From positions 56,058-120,057 of the IMG/VR virus record IMGVR_UViG_3300036790_000219: DNA of 64,000 bases. One strand, 5' to 3'. The DNA comes from a virus. The translations under genes and the position numbers were made by a program. The notes under the pieces are model-generated. The model did not search any database. It worked only from the letters and a program-made list of their open reading frames with translations, and had not been told where the DNA came from. How positions within the stretch are numbered: position 1 is the first letter of the stretch; each line of letters begins with the position of its first letter. This document shows, one piece after another, positions 1-9,563 of the stretch.

Positions 1-2
1 GA

Positions 3-2003
3 ATTTCTGTCGTCAATGACCAGTCCGGCAACACATCACTCGCGGGGCCGACGATCTCCGGCATCACCGTTTCAGGCTACGGCAGCAATTGTATCGAGAT
101 TAAAGGCACCAGTGGCACGTCCGGTTTTAACGGCGTCGATATCACCAGGACTACCGCGCACGACTGCACCGGGAATGTCTTACCTGAAACAGTCCTGAAC
201 GGATCGTCCTGCATCACCGGCTTTTCAGGGCCGGCGAGCGGGACGACAAGTGCGTTCTCGAACGTCTCTATTACCTACACCACCGTCTATAATTGCACTG
301 GGATCGCTACCGCTACCGCGACCAACGGCAACGGCGTCACTTTCTTTCAGGTCAATGGCCTGACGATGAAATACAACGTCGCCCGCGACATCGGGACGGC
401 AGTTACCTCGTGCGGCGGCGCTGGCGCATTCTGGACTCAAGATGCCACTAATGCCGACGTCGAATATAACGAAGCCTACCACATCCATCATGGCTCGGGC
501 GGCTGTGACGGCGACGGTTTCGATCTGGACGTCTGTGTCACCAATTCGATTGTGGCGCACAATTACGCTCACGACAACGACAGCTACGATTACCTGACCG
601 ATCCCGGTTCCGACGGCTTTGGCTGCTCGGCGTGGGGCAACAATACGATCGCCTGGAACATCGGCCAGCTCGCTGGCTTGGGCGAACTGGCGCTGGCCAT
701 GACCGGCAACGCGACCGGAGCGCTTTACGCGTACAACAATACTTTCTACTGCGTTGGCTCCGGAACGTGTTTTCTCGAAGCCGATAGCGGCACGCAGAGC
801 GCAACGATTGCCAACAATATTTTCATCGGTCTCGGCGGCGCTGACATTCTCAAACTGACAACGACCAGTTCTATCGATTTCTTGGGCAATGACTACGTTA
901 CGACCACCGGCGTTCCCAGTTTTAATTGGGGCGGTACGACCTACTCCACCTTCGCGGCATGGCAGAGCGCCTCGGGACAGGAAAAAATCAACGGCAGCAA
1001 TGTCGGGCTGACTGTCAATCCGCAAATCTACGTGCCGGGCGGCGGCTGGGCCAATGGCGGCTATGTGCCCGCCAATTTGTACGCTTACAATCTGCAGGCC
1101 GCGTCGCCGATGATCGGCGCCGGTCAGACCTACGCAACGCTCGGCATTCCGTCTCCGATCCTGACGGATTACTACGGCGTCGCTGTCAGCGCAGGTAGCC
1201 CACCCGTCGGTGCAGCGAATGGAGACTTCGGCACCTTCGTGGCATCGTGTACCCCGACGAGCAATTACCTCGCGCGAGTGTCGAGCTTCACCAAGCTTGA
1301 CGAGGTCAACTACAATTCGCTGCTGTGCGGCGAGAATTCCGACGGCGATCTGCCTCTGATTGATGTTGAAAATATCTGGGCGGCACCAAATCACGCTGCG
1401 GCACTGCTCAATCTTGTTAGCAACAACCATAATTCCACCGAGAACGGCACGGTGACATTCAGCGCGCGCGTGGGCATCACGGGTGACGCATCGACCGGCT
1501 ATGAGGACCCGGCTTTCACACCATCGACGGCGGCCGGCAACTATACTCAAAACATCGCAACTGTTGGCGGGTATCTCACCAATAGCCGAACGACGGTGGA
1601 AAACTGGAACATCCTGGGCGCGACTGACACGACCAATACCTATGAAACTAACATTTCGCCCTATACTACCGGGCCGGACGTATTTGCCGACGTTAACAGT
1701 GAAATCGGAACGGAAGCCGGGAGCACGAACGCACAGGGTCAGTGGCTCGCGCAGCGGCTCTCTACTACGTCCGAGGCAATCTACAAAAACGGGGCCAGCG
1801 TCAAACTTTCAACTACCGATACGACTACCAGTCTGCTGAACAACAAGCTGCTAATCGCGGCGGAGACTGCGCCAAATGGCACGGCGGAGAATTTCTCTGG
1901 CGATACGTTTGCGGCTAGCGTCATTGGCGGAGCAATTTCACCTTTGAATGTGTCCAATCGCATCAACTCATTCATGCAAGCCTATGGTATCAATGTGTAT
2001 TGA
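3..2003 (+). CDS. Right-handed beta-helix (pectin-lyase-like) virion protein with C-terminal lectin-like region; 5'-truncated by window edge
   Basis: Frame of ORF 366..2003 stays open back to base 3 (ISVVNDQSGN...). Repeating Asn/Thr/Gly-rich beta-helix turns (NSIVAHNYAHDND, YAYNNTFY, IANNIF). Confidence 0.65.
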   Translation: MSVVNDQSGNTSLAGPTISGITVSGYGSNCIEIKGTSGTSGFNGVDITRTTAHDCTGNVLPETVLNGSSCITGFSGPASGTTSAFSNVSITYTTVYNCTGIATATATNGNGVTFFQVNGLTMKYNVARDIGTAVTSCGGAGAFWTQDATNADVEYNEAYHIHHGSGGCDGDGFDLDVCVTNSIVAHNYAHDNDSYDYLTDPGSDGFGCSAWGNNTIAWNIGQLAGLGELALAMTGNATGALYAYNNTFYCVGSGTCFLEADSGTQSATIANNIFIGLGGADILKLTTTSSIDFLGNDYVTTTGVPSFNWGGTTYSTFAAWQSASGQEKINGSNVGLTVNPQIYVPGGGWANGGYVPANLYAYNLQAASPMIGAGQTYATLGIPSPILTDYYGVAVSAGSPPVGAANGDFGTFVASCTPTSNYLARVSSFTKLDEVNYNSLLCGENSDGDLPLIDVENIWAAPNHAAALLNLVSNNHNSTENGTVTFSARVGITGDASTGYEDPAFTPSTAAGNYTQNIATVGGYLTNSRTTVENWNILGATDTTNTYETNISPYTTGPDVFADVNSEIGTEAGSTNAQGQWLAQRLSTTSEAIYKNGASVKLSTTDTTTSLLNNKLLIAAETAPNGTAENFSGDTFAASVIGGAISPLNVSNRINSFMQAYGINVY

Positions 2004-2180
2004 GAGTGGGGGAGATCTCTTCGGCCACGGTCCACAGGCCGATGGTCCCGGACAATCCCATCTTGCCAAAGCCCCGCGAATCATGCGCCCTGACCATCCT
2101 TGTCCGCGCGCTACAGGAGCCGACATGACACGTCTGGCAGGCACCGTGAAATCACCGTTCAATGATTGGAGGACAAAACA

Positions 2181-2399
2181 GTGAATGATAATGTTACCCA
2201 TTTGCAGACCACGGTTAAGACTGATATTGAAAAGGCAAGAGAGTATCGGGAACGTATGCTTGTGCCACTTCAGGAAATCTGCAAGGTTGTTAGCGAGGCC
2301 AAGCGCGATGGTATTATTATAAGTTACCAAACAGCTGCTGACGGTCTTGGCAATCAGTTCATAGCGAACCTTTCTACGCTGAAAGAACTGAAGGATTAG
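2181..2399 (+). CDS. Small hypothetical protein
   Basis: GGAGG at 2168-2172 precedes GTG 2181, in frame with ORF 2166..2399. Confidence 0.6.
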   Translation: MNDNVTHLQTTVKTDIEKAREYRERMLVPLQEICKVVSEAKRDGIIISYQTAADGLGNQFIANLSTLKELKD

Positions 2400-2402
2400 G
2401 CT

Positions 2403-3707
2403 GTGCTCCTCGACGCCGACTTCAAGGAAGGGGAACACCCGCGCGGCCAGCCGAAGAACTCTGGACAGTTCGCGTCTAAGCCTGGCGGAAAAGGTTCGGA
2501 GAAAGGCAGCGGTGAAGGCGGTAAAGAAGCTCAGGCCGGTGAACAGGGTGAGAAGAAGTCTGTTGGCAAGGTTGCCCCGCGTGAAAAACAGATAGAGGGT
2601 ACGGTTGAACTCTCTGCATACTTGCGCAAGATCGCCAATATCAACAGGATGCCGAAAGGAATGAAGTCTCAGTCTCAGTTTATTCTAGATAACGGCCAGA
2701 ACTATGTCGCTAACGCCAAGACGTACGAGGGTCCTAGGGATCCAATGCATGAGTGTTATAAAAATGCAACCCTCGCTGCTCTAAGCAATAAGGACCGCAC
2801 TTATGTTGAAGGCTATATGACTGTCCATGGTGTTCCAATTGAACACGCTTGGACTGTAGATAAGACTGGCCAGGTTTACGATTCGACCGTTACCCCAGAT
2901 TTGGGGATATCAGGTTATTTTGGCGTACCGTTCAAAACTGATTACGTTCTGGCATCAGGATTGCTGAATAAGGTTTATGGCTTGCTTGGGCACAATAGTC
3001 GAAAGACGCTTGATCCCTTATTGAAAGGTCAAGTTAAGGACTTCCGGGGCGAGGTAGATCCGGATTCGCTCTCGCCTCAGGTGATTGCTGATCGGATAGC
3101 ATACGCAGACGCCGTGGTGCGGTCTATTCCTCCTACGGATAAGATTAATACTCCTGAGCGTAAGCAGATGCGCAAGGAGATTGCGGACAAGCTCTACAAC
3201 AAGGATATTGACAAGCGCAAGCGTAATCGTGAAGCAACAATTGTCTTAGGCTTACCCGGTGCTGGTAAAAGCACATTCATGGACCCGTTGCTCAAGGATG
3301 GCTACTTGAATATGGGTGGTGATGAAGTCAAATATGAGATACCAGAATTTGCTGGCGGCGCGGGCGCTTTTGCCGTACACGAGGAAGGTTCTGGGATCAT
3401 GCGGGATGTTCTGCAGCGTGCCGTTACAAATGGCGACAACCTGGCTTGGGAACGTGTGGATTCCCCGGATAAGATTGTAAGTGACCTCGAAAGTCTAAAG
3501 AAGGCTGGATATAAGGTCAACGTCAAGTTGGTGGATGCTTCGCCTGAAATCGCGATGAAGTCAGCGGTGAAACGTTTCTTGAAGACGGGGCGCTACGTCT
3601 CCCTTGAGAATATAAAAGGTTATGGGGGCGCACCGCGTGATGCGTACGAAGCGGCCAAGAAGACTGGCTTGCTAGAATCAAGTGAGGAGCTTAAACGTGG
3701 ATCTTGA
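2403..3707 (+). CDS. Multidomain head-associated effector: HPRG..GQF motif, papain/transglutaminase-like domain, zeta-toxin-like P-loop kinase
   Basis: DADFKEGEHPRGQPKNSGQF; CYKNA...YVEGY...HAW...YDST (C-H-D); IVLGLPGAGKST, DEVK, HEEGS, NLAWE. Confidence 0.75.
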   Translation: MLLDADFKEGEHPRGQPKNSGQFASKPGGKGSEKGSGEGGKEAQAGEQGEKKSVGKVAPREKQIEGTVELSAYLRKIANINRMPKGMKSQSQFILDNGQNYVANAKTYEGPRDPMHECYKNATLAALSNKDRTYVEGYMTVHGVPIEHAWTVDKTGQVYDSTVTPDLGISGYFGVPFKTDYVLASGLLNKVYGLLGHNSRKTLDPLLKGQVKDFRGEVDPDSLSPQVIADRIAYADAVVRSIPPTDKINTPERKQMRKEIADKLYNKDIDKRKRNREATIVLGLPGAGKSTFMDPLLKDGYLNMGGDEVKYEIPEFAGGAGAFAVHEEGSGIMRDVLQRAVTNGDNLAWERVDSPDKIVSDLESLKKAGYKVNVKLVDASPEIAMKSAVKRFLKTGRYVSLENIKGYGGAPRDAYEAAKKTGLLESSEELKRGS

Positions 3708-4602
3708 GGCAGTTCTAAAGGAACTCCAGGGCGATCCGAACGCGGCGGCGAACGCCAAGTTCTATGCTGAGCTTTTGGCTGGCAGCGAAGACGAGGACAC
3801 GCGCTCTCTGCGCGACTTCGTGGATAAGCTAGCCAAGCAGAACGGTGAGAGCGGAGAGGAGGAGGACAAAGGTAAGGAGGAAACGTCTACTGCTAAGGAC
3901 CGCCGCACAATTACTCTCGACCGCGATGCCCGTGATATTGAGTATTATACCACGGAAGAGCTTGGTCCCCAACGGGAACGGACTCCTGAAGGCTTCTTGA
4001 TTTGTTACGACGTGCCGGTGGCACGTACTGGCGAGATGACTTATGGTCCTGGTGAAACCCCCGTTCCTACTGGTCGGGATGGGCGGGTCAAGATCCACCG
4101 CCGTGAAGGTGAAGTCTTCGCTGCCAAGAGCATGCGTTCGCTGAACGGTAAGCCGGTGACGGACGATCATCCGCCTGTGGACGTGGACCCCAAGAACTGG
4201 CGGTTCTACACGCGGGGGATGGTTGTTAACCCCCGGCGCGGTGAGGGGGAACACAAGAGCTTTCTGGTTGCTGACCTAATCATTCTTGATCATGATTTAA
4301 TTGAGGACATCGAATCGGGCAAGCGCGAGGTGTCCTGTGGTTACAACCCAGACTACCTCCAGATGTTAGATGATCGTGGAGAGCCAGTCGCAGGTGAAGG
4401 TGAGCAGGTAAACATTATTTACAATCACCTGGCTCTGGTTGATCGTGGACGGTGTGGGGCACGGTGCTCCATTGGCGATCGTAAAACAGTTGATGCTCTG
4501 GCACAAGAGTTTGTGCGGGCAACGGAATATCGTGCTATCCGTAAAAAGAAGCACAAAGCAAAAACTCGTCCTCGGGTGGTTATCTTTAACCACACACGCT
4601 AG
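3697..4602 (+). CDS. Capsid maturation protease (DUF2213) with N-terminal extension
   Basis: RERTPEGFLICYDVPVARTGEMTY, GKPVTDDHP, GKREVSCGY, NHLALVDRGRCGARCSIGD. GAGGAG at 3684-3689 precedes GTG 3697. Confidence 0.9.
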   Translation: MDLEAVLKELQGDPNAAANAKFYAELLAGSEDEDTRSLRDFVDKLAKQNGESGEEEDKGKEETSTAKDRRTITLDRDARDIEYYTTEELGPQRERTPEGFLICYDVPVARTGEMTYGPGETPVPTGRDGRVKIHRREGEVFAAKSMRSLNGKPVTDDHPPVDVDPKNWRFYTRGMVVNPRRGEGEHKSFLVADLIILDHDLIEDIESGKREVSCGYNPDYLQMLDDRGEPVAGEGEQVNIIYNHLALVDRGRCGARCSIGDRKTVDALAQEFVRATEYRAIRKKKHKAKTRPRVVIFNHTR

Positions 4603-4713
4603 TTTCTTTCAAAATTCATCTTGGCGCTGGTCGATCCTTGCGGTCGCTGTGGCCTGCGCTGTTCCATACGCGACCGTAATTGTCGGAACCTCATGGGAAA
4701 GGAGAAAGACCCC

Positions 4714-5649
4714 ATGTCTACCAAATCTGTACTTCGTAGGCTTCAGAAGGCATTCTCGGCGAAGGATGAGCGCGCATTTGATGATGCGATGGAAGAGCTC
4801 GAAGAGAAGGAAGACGAAGCCCACGACGAAGAAGACCCGGACACCGTCGAAATCCACAATCACATTCCTGGTGAGGATGGTCTCGGCGAAATGCCGCCAA
4901 AGGATCCAAAAATGCCCGGTGCACGTGACGACGAAATGCCGGAGTGGTTCAAGAAGCACCAGCAGGATTGTGTGGACCGCTTCAAGTCCCTCGACGAAGG
5001 CGTGGCTGGCCTGAAGAAGTGGGCTGAGGAAGAGGGTAAGGAACCTCAACATCAGGACGACGAGGAAGATCCGAACCTCGAAATGGGAATGGAAGATCGT
5101 CGGAGCGATGATCGTCGGTCTGACGATCGCCGTCATGGTAAGGATGCCAAGGATGACGAAGCCAACAAAGCCATTCTTGGCGAGTTGGAATTCGAATCTC
5201 CTCCTGGCACTGGTGATAAGGCGAGCAAGGCACGGGATAGTGAGTATTTGGAAGAGTCCTTCCAAGACACGATCTCGAAGGCCGAGATCCTTGCACCAGG
5301 TATACGCGTGCCAACTTTCGATCGTGCTGTTGACCCCCGTAAGTCATTCCGCACCATCCATGGTCTGCGTTGTACGGCACTGGATCTGGCCTACACCAAG
5401 CCGGAAACCCGTGGCGTTCTTGATGTGGCCCTTGGCGGGCGAGCACTCGATACCAAGGGTCTTGGTTACGGTGCGGCGCGCGTTCTGTTCAATTCCGCAG
5501 CTGCGGTAGTTGCCACAAACAACAACTCTCGTGCCACGGACCGCAGTACTACAACGACACCAACTGGCGGCACACAGAAGGGTCGGCTGAACTCGATTGC
5601 CGACATCAACCAGCGTAACGCAGAACGTTACGGCCGTAAGTCGGCCTAA
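4714..5649 (+). CDS. Capsid scaffolding protein
   Basis: Acidic and low-complexity; lies between protease and decoration/MCP genes; AEILAPGIRVPTFD motif; AAGGAG precedes ATG 4714. Confidence 0.75.
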   Translation: MSTKSVLRRLQKAFSAKDERAFDDAMEELEEKEDEAHDEEDPDTVEIHNHIPGEDGLGEMPPKDPKMPGARDDEMPEWFKKHQQDCVDRFKSLDEGVAGLKKWAEEEGKEPQHQDDEEDPNLEMGMEDRRSDDRRSDDRRHGKDAKDDEANKAILGELEFESPPGTGDKASKARDSEYLEESFQDTISKAEILAPGIRVPTFDRAVDPRKSFRTIHGLRCTALDLAYTKPETRGVLDVALGGRALDTKGLGYGAARVLFNSAAAVVATNNNSRATDRSTTTTPTGGTQKGRLNSIADINQRNAERYGRKSA

Positions 5650-5675
5650 CGCTGCCAGGAAAGGAGAATCATTCC

Positions 5676-6254
5676 ATGAAAGATAACATCCTCGTTCCCG
5701 AGCGCAAATTCCGCGTTCTTGGACGGCACCGTACTTGTGATACGTCGTACACGTTCCGTATGACGGCAGGTGCGGCAGGCGACATCTCTCGTGCCCACCC
5801 GGCGTCTATTCAGCCATGTTTGGGTGATCCTACGAACTTCCCGACTGCATATGGTCAACCAGTTGTTGTTGATTCGGTCTCAGAAGGCGTGCGACCGATT
5901 GGTGCGGGGGACAGTGCTCTCACCCAGATTTGGGGTGTGACGTGTCGTCCATACCCAATTCAGCAGTCCACGACTTCCAACAACTACGGTGAGGTCAATT
6001 ACGGATCGATTGCTCCGCCGTTGTTACAGCCCATCGACGTCATGACGGTAGGATACATGATGGTGCCGGTGGTTGGTGCCCCAATAAAGGGCGGTTCCGT
6101 GTGGATTTGGTACGCGGCCTCAGGTGGTGGCCACACGCAAGGCGGTTTCGAAGCTGCCAACACGGGTGGCAGTACACTGGCGCTGAACGGTAACTATGCC
6201 TGGAATTCGCCACCCGATACCAACGGTATCGCCGAACTCAAGATTGTCGTGTAA
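5676..6254 (+). CDS. Capsid decoration/cement protein
   Basis: FRMTAGAAGDISR and GGFEAA motifs; immediately upstream of MCP as in DUF2184-type phages. Confidence 0.75.
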   Translation: MKDNILVPERKFRVLGRHRTCDTSYTFRMTAGAAGDISRAHPASIQPCLGDPTNFPTAYGQPVVVDSVSEGVRPIGAGDSALTQIWGVTCRPYPIQQSTTSNNYGEVNYGSIAPPLLQPIDVMTVGYMMVPVVGAPIKGGSVWIWYAASGGGHTQGGFEAANTGGSTLALNGNYAWNSPPDTNGIAELKIVV

Positions 6255-6287
6255 TCGGCGGCGATCAGGAAAAGGACAAAGCAAACC

Positions 6288-7478
6288 ATGAAACACGAAC
6301 GTGACTTCCGCTCGGCTAGCGCATTCACGCCGCCCGAGCAGGTCCTGAACCGCCGTCGTTCTCTTGGACGGTTCCGGACCGTTGACATGTTGACTTTCGA
6401 CAAGGGTTACACCTTTGACGAAGGGGGTAACATGCGCGGTAAGTCTCTGGGTCAGGCGTTCAAGACCCACGACGGCCGTACGATTGACTCCACGGGAGCT
6501 TTCCTTGTGGGCGAACTTGAGCGTCTCGATCTGACACTCCACGAGCCATTGGCTGCGGTCAGTTGGGGTCGCGACATTCAACTTCGTGAAGACGTTACGA
6601 CGGCGGACGAGGTCTCCTCGTTCACGGTCTCGACGTACTACTCACCAGGTTCGCTTGGTACTGGTCAGGGTGTTGGCAACGCCAAGTCCTGGATCGGTAA
6701 AGACACCAACCAAGTGACTCGTGTGTCGGTTGACATCGCAAAGGTCACTCAACCTCTCATCCCGTGGGGCAAGGAACTTGCCTATACGGTTCTTGAGCTT
6801 GAGTCCGCTGCGAAGCTCGGCCGTCCGGTGGACGAGCAGAAGTACCGTGCACTCCAACTCGCCCATCAGATGGAAGTGGACGAAATGGTGTACTATGGTG
6901 ACACCCCTGGTGCCTTCTACGGTCTGGTCAATTCGAACAACCGTACGTTCATCGACCAGGTCACGAACGTTTCCAACGTCGCCAACGGTGCGCAAGGTTC
7001 GCCACTTTGGACGCAGAAGACGCCTGCTGAGATTCTTCAGGACTTCAATGAGGAACTGACCTCGGCATGGGCGGCTACGGGTTGGGCTATCCTGCCTGAT
7101 TCCATTCTGCTGCCACCAGCGGATTTTGGTTACATTTCAACCCAGACCGTGTCTACGGCTGGTAACGTATCCATTCTGAACTACGTGCTTGAAAACAATA
7201 TCACGGCACGGCAGGGTGGCGCAACGCTGGACATCAAGCCGGTCAAGTGGTGTTTGGGAACTGGCATAGGTGGTACGGTAGGGGTTGGTGCTGCGGGCCA
7301 TGATCGTATGGTGGTGTACACCAACGATAAGGAGCGCGTTCGCTACCCGATGACTATGTTAAGCAAGACGCCTCTCCAATATGACTCGATTTGGCATCGC
7401 TCAACTTATTATGGCCGTCTTGGCGTTTTGGAGATCGTCTACCCCGAATGTATATGTTATAGGGATGGAATCAGCTAG
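6288..7478 (+). CDS. Major capsid protein (DUF2184)
   Basis: DSTGAFLVGELERLD, YYGD...GLVNS, TPAEILQDFNE, C-terminal YPECICYRDGI. Confidence 0.92.
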   Translation: MKHERDFRSASAFTPPEQVLNRRRSLGRFRTVDMLTFDKGYTFDEGGNMRGKSLGQAFKTHDGRTIDSTGAFLVGELERLDLTLHEPLAAVSWGRDIQLREDVTTADEVSSFTVSTYYSPGSLGTGQGVGNAKSWIGKDTNQVTRVSVDIAKVTQPLIPWGKELAYTVLELESAAKLGRPVDEQKYRALQLAHQMEVDEMVYYGDTPGAFYGLVNSNNRTFIDQVTNVSNVANGAQGSPLWTQKTPAEILQDFNEELTSAWAATGWAILPDSILLPPADFGYISTQTVSTAGNVSILNYVLENNITARQGGATLDIKPVKWCLGTGIGGTVGVGAAGHDRMVVYTNDKERVRYPMTMLSKTPLQYDSIWHRSTYYGRLGVLEIVYPECICYRDGIS

Positions 7479-7498
7479 GAGACGGCTTATCCTAATCC

Positions 7499-7527
7499 TT
7501 GACCGTGTGCTTCTGTGAGGTTATACT
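7499..7527 (+). promoter_or_regulatory. Sigma70-type promoter for the homing endonuclease gene
   Basis: TTGACC (7499-7504), 17-nt spacer, TATACT (7522-7527). Confidence 0.75.
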
Positions 7528-7549
7528 CCGGTAAATTCTAACCGGAGTA
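7524..7549 (+). promoter_or_regulatory. Hairpin sequestering the endonuclease ribosome-binding site
   Basis: TACTCCGGT (7524-7532) / ACCGGAGTA (7541-7549) perfect 9-bp inverted repeat; 3' arm holds the GGAG upstream of ATG 7554. Confidence 0.7.
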
Positions 7550-7553
7550 CTCT

Positions 7554-8555
7554 ATGCCTAAGCACACGATCTACGGCCTCTACGATCCGAGCGATCGGAA
7601 AAAGGAGGTTCGCTATGTTGGAGCAACTAAGTTCACGCCTGAGCAACGTTTAACTGATCACATCTCCGGTGCAGAAGCCGCAGACACTTATAAGAAGAAG
7701 TGGATCAGAAAACTGCTCAGGCAGAACTTGGTTCCTGCCATCCTAGTTCTTGAAGTCACAACGACGAGACACTGGAAGAAGCGGGAGAAGTATTGGATCG
7801 CCTACCTTCGTTCTAAAGGTAGCCGCCTAACGAACTCAACGGAAGGCGGGGAGGGCCTGGTCAACCCAACGAAAAATGTTCGGGCCAGGATTGCCAAGAA
7901 GGTTTCTGAGCTTCTTATTGGAAACCAACGCGCTACAGGAATGAGTCACACAAAAGAAGCCTGTCTGGCTATTTCGAAGGGATTACGGGAATCCAAGAAG
8001 TTTCAGCGGTCCCAGCGAAAATGGCGAGGGAAGGCGCGTTATACTCCAACCGAGGAATCTAAGCTCAAAATCTCCTTGGCTAACTTGGGAAGACCCCGTC
8101 CGGATGTACGAGCTCTTGCTCTTCGCTTAAACAAACGCCGGAAAGGTTCGGTCTGGGTAACAGATGGAAAGAGCAATAAGCAGATTCTAAAGGGAACCCC
8201 AATTCCTAAGGGATTTGTTTGTGGTCGGCTTATGACTTGGCAAGAACCTGGTAAGGGGCCGACGAAAGGGCGACGGTACATAACTAATGGAGTTGAAAAC
8301 CAGATGATCGAAATTTCGGCTCCAATCCCCGAGGGCTTTAAGTTTGGACAAACACGTCATAATCCGCGTCGGGATACAAAGGTAGGTTTAAGAAAATTGA
8401 GTGAAACAGTACGGCAACTTAAACTAGGTTTTCGTTTAATCACTGATGGTGCGGTTCGCCGTCAGCTTCCAAGGGATCAGGTACTTCCAGCGGGTTGGGT
8501 GTTTGTTAAAAAGAACACTCTAAAGTCGCTTACAACCTCGGTCTCGTTAGATTGA
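7554..8555 (+). mobile_element. Free-standing GIY-YIG homing endonuclease
   Basis: TIYGLYDP...RYVGAT, R..H, E.YWI, LTNSTEGGEG; three C-terminal W/Y/L-(I/V)T(D/N)G...(I/L)PxG(F/W) repeats. Confidence 0.85.
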
Positions 8556-8593
8556 CAGAGTCATATCGTTAACCCCTAAAGGAGTAGAGTGAA

Positions 8594-9061
8594 ATGGCTG
8601 AACGTGTAATCCCAAAGACCGGCAGAGATATGTCGGGAGTTGCTCCGGCAAAACAGGAGCTCTTGAACCAGGACGACGACAAGGAACTTGAGTCGAAGGC
8701 TAAGAAGGTTGCCGACGACGAGGAAGACGAAGTTGACGAAGCCGAATCTCCGGAGTATTCCCGCGAGACTATTGGCCCACGCGTCGGTGAGGAGGTGGGT
8801 AAGGCCAACTCCGCGGAAGGCGCTGCCGCGCTCGAACAGAAGCTCGACACTGAAGATGTCGTTCCTCTGATTTTCTCAAGGGCGGTCAACCTTCAGGACA
8901 AGGGGTTGATGCATCATTGGGCACCTGGTATTCATATGGTCCCAATTTCCCTTGCCGGCACCGACAAGAAGACCATGCATTGGTGGTTGCGCCACAATGG
9001 TGTCCGCCGCGCGGGCAAACCGTTGCCCAATCCGAATGCTGAGGAAAAGGTGCAGGAGTAA
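8594..9061 (+). CDS. Hypothetical head-module protein (acidic N-terminus)
   Basis: AAGGAG RBS, co-directional with head genes. Confidence 0.65.
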   Translation: MAERVIPKTGRDMSGVAPAKQELLNQDDDKELESKAKKVADDEEDEVDEAESPEYSRETIGPRVGEEVGKANSAEGAAALEQKLDTEDVVPLIFSRAVNLQDKGLMHHWAPGIHMVPISLAGTDKKTMHWWLRHNGVRRAGKPLPNPNAEEKVQE

Positions 9062-9064
9062 AGA

Positions 9065-9247
9065 ATGTCCGAGCGTACGCCAAGCTTCTTGATTCCGTGC
9101 GCGCTCGAAGTCGATGAGGACGGGGTCATTGTGAAAGTACTGCCCGACGTGGTCTGGCTTTCACAAACCCGTGTCCGTCTTGAAACTCACGGTGACACAA
9201 CGGACTTCCGGCTAGAACCTAAAGGAAAGGAAATGTCCAATGGTTGA
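9065..9247 (+). CDS. Small hypothetical protein
   Basis: Tightly packed between 8594..9061 and 9240..9563. Confidence 0.5.
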   Translation: MSERTPSFLIPCALEVDEDGVIVKVLPDVVWLSQTRVRLETHGDTTDFRLEPKGKEMSNG

Positions 9248-9563
9248 TTCTAACGACGCTCCTGTATCCGAGGCCCAGCGCAAAGCAATGGGCGCAGCGA
9301 TGGGTGGCCACTCTACCCTAGGGATCCCCAAGGCTGCAGGGAAAGAATTTATCGACAAGGACCCCGGTGGGAAGCTGCCGGAGAAGTCCAAGGATGCTAC
9401 CTCACCGAAGCCGGGCTCGGGACCGATGTCACCAAATGGTCCGCAAGGAAGTGAGGAGGGTCTGCCAAAAACTACCCGTTCCTTCGGAGCAGGAGATGGG
9501 GTTGGGAAAGCGATGAGTCTCGATGAAATAAAAAGCCAGGCCAAAAGAATCGGCCGTTATTAA
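9240..9563 (+). CDS. Small head accessory protein
   Basis: PVSEAQRKAMGAAMGGHSTLGIPKAAGKEF motif, which I recognise from head-module genes of DUF2213 phages. Confidence 0.7.
   Translation: MVDSNDAPVSEAQRKAMGAAMGGHSTLGIPKAAGKEFIDKDPGGKLPEKSKDATSPKPGSGPMSPNGPQGSEEGLPKTTRSFGAGDGVGKAMSLDEIKSQAKRIGRY
9526..9555 (-). terminator. Possible intrinsic terminator of the RAMP/array transcript
   Basis: Minus strand GGCCGA-TTCTT-TTGGCC, then TGGC and TTTTTATTT, just past the last GGT unit. Confidence 0.4.

Noticed and set aside
225-1550. 441-aa minus-strand ORF and other long antisense ORFs (e.g. 4609..5265, 16609..17436, 26268..26885)
   Set aside because: They shadow well-supported plus-strand genes and have no motifs or RBS.
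4600-4602. Genome-wide amber recoding
   Set aside because: TAG ends many clearly complete genes (MCP, RAMP, neck protein).
5092-5135. EDRRS/DDRRS 15-bp tandem repeat in the scaffold gene
   Set aside because: Ordinary low-complexity expansion in a disordered scaffold.
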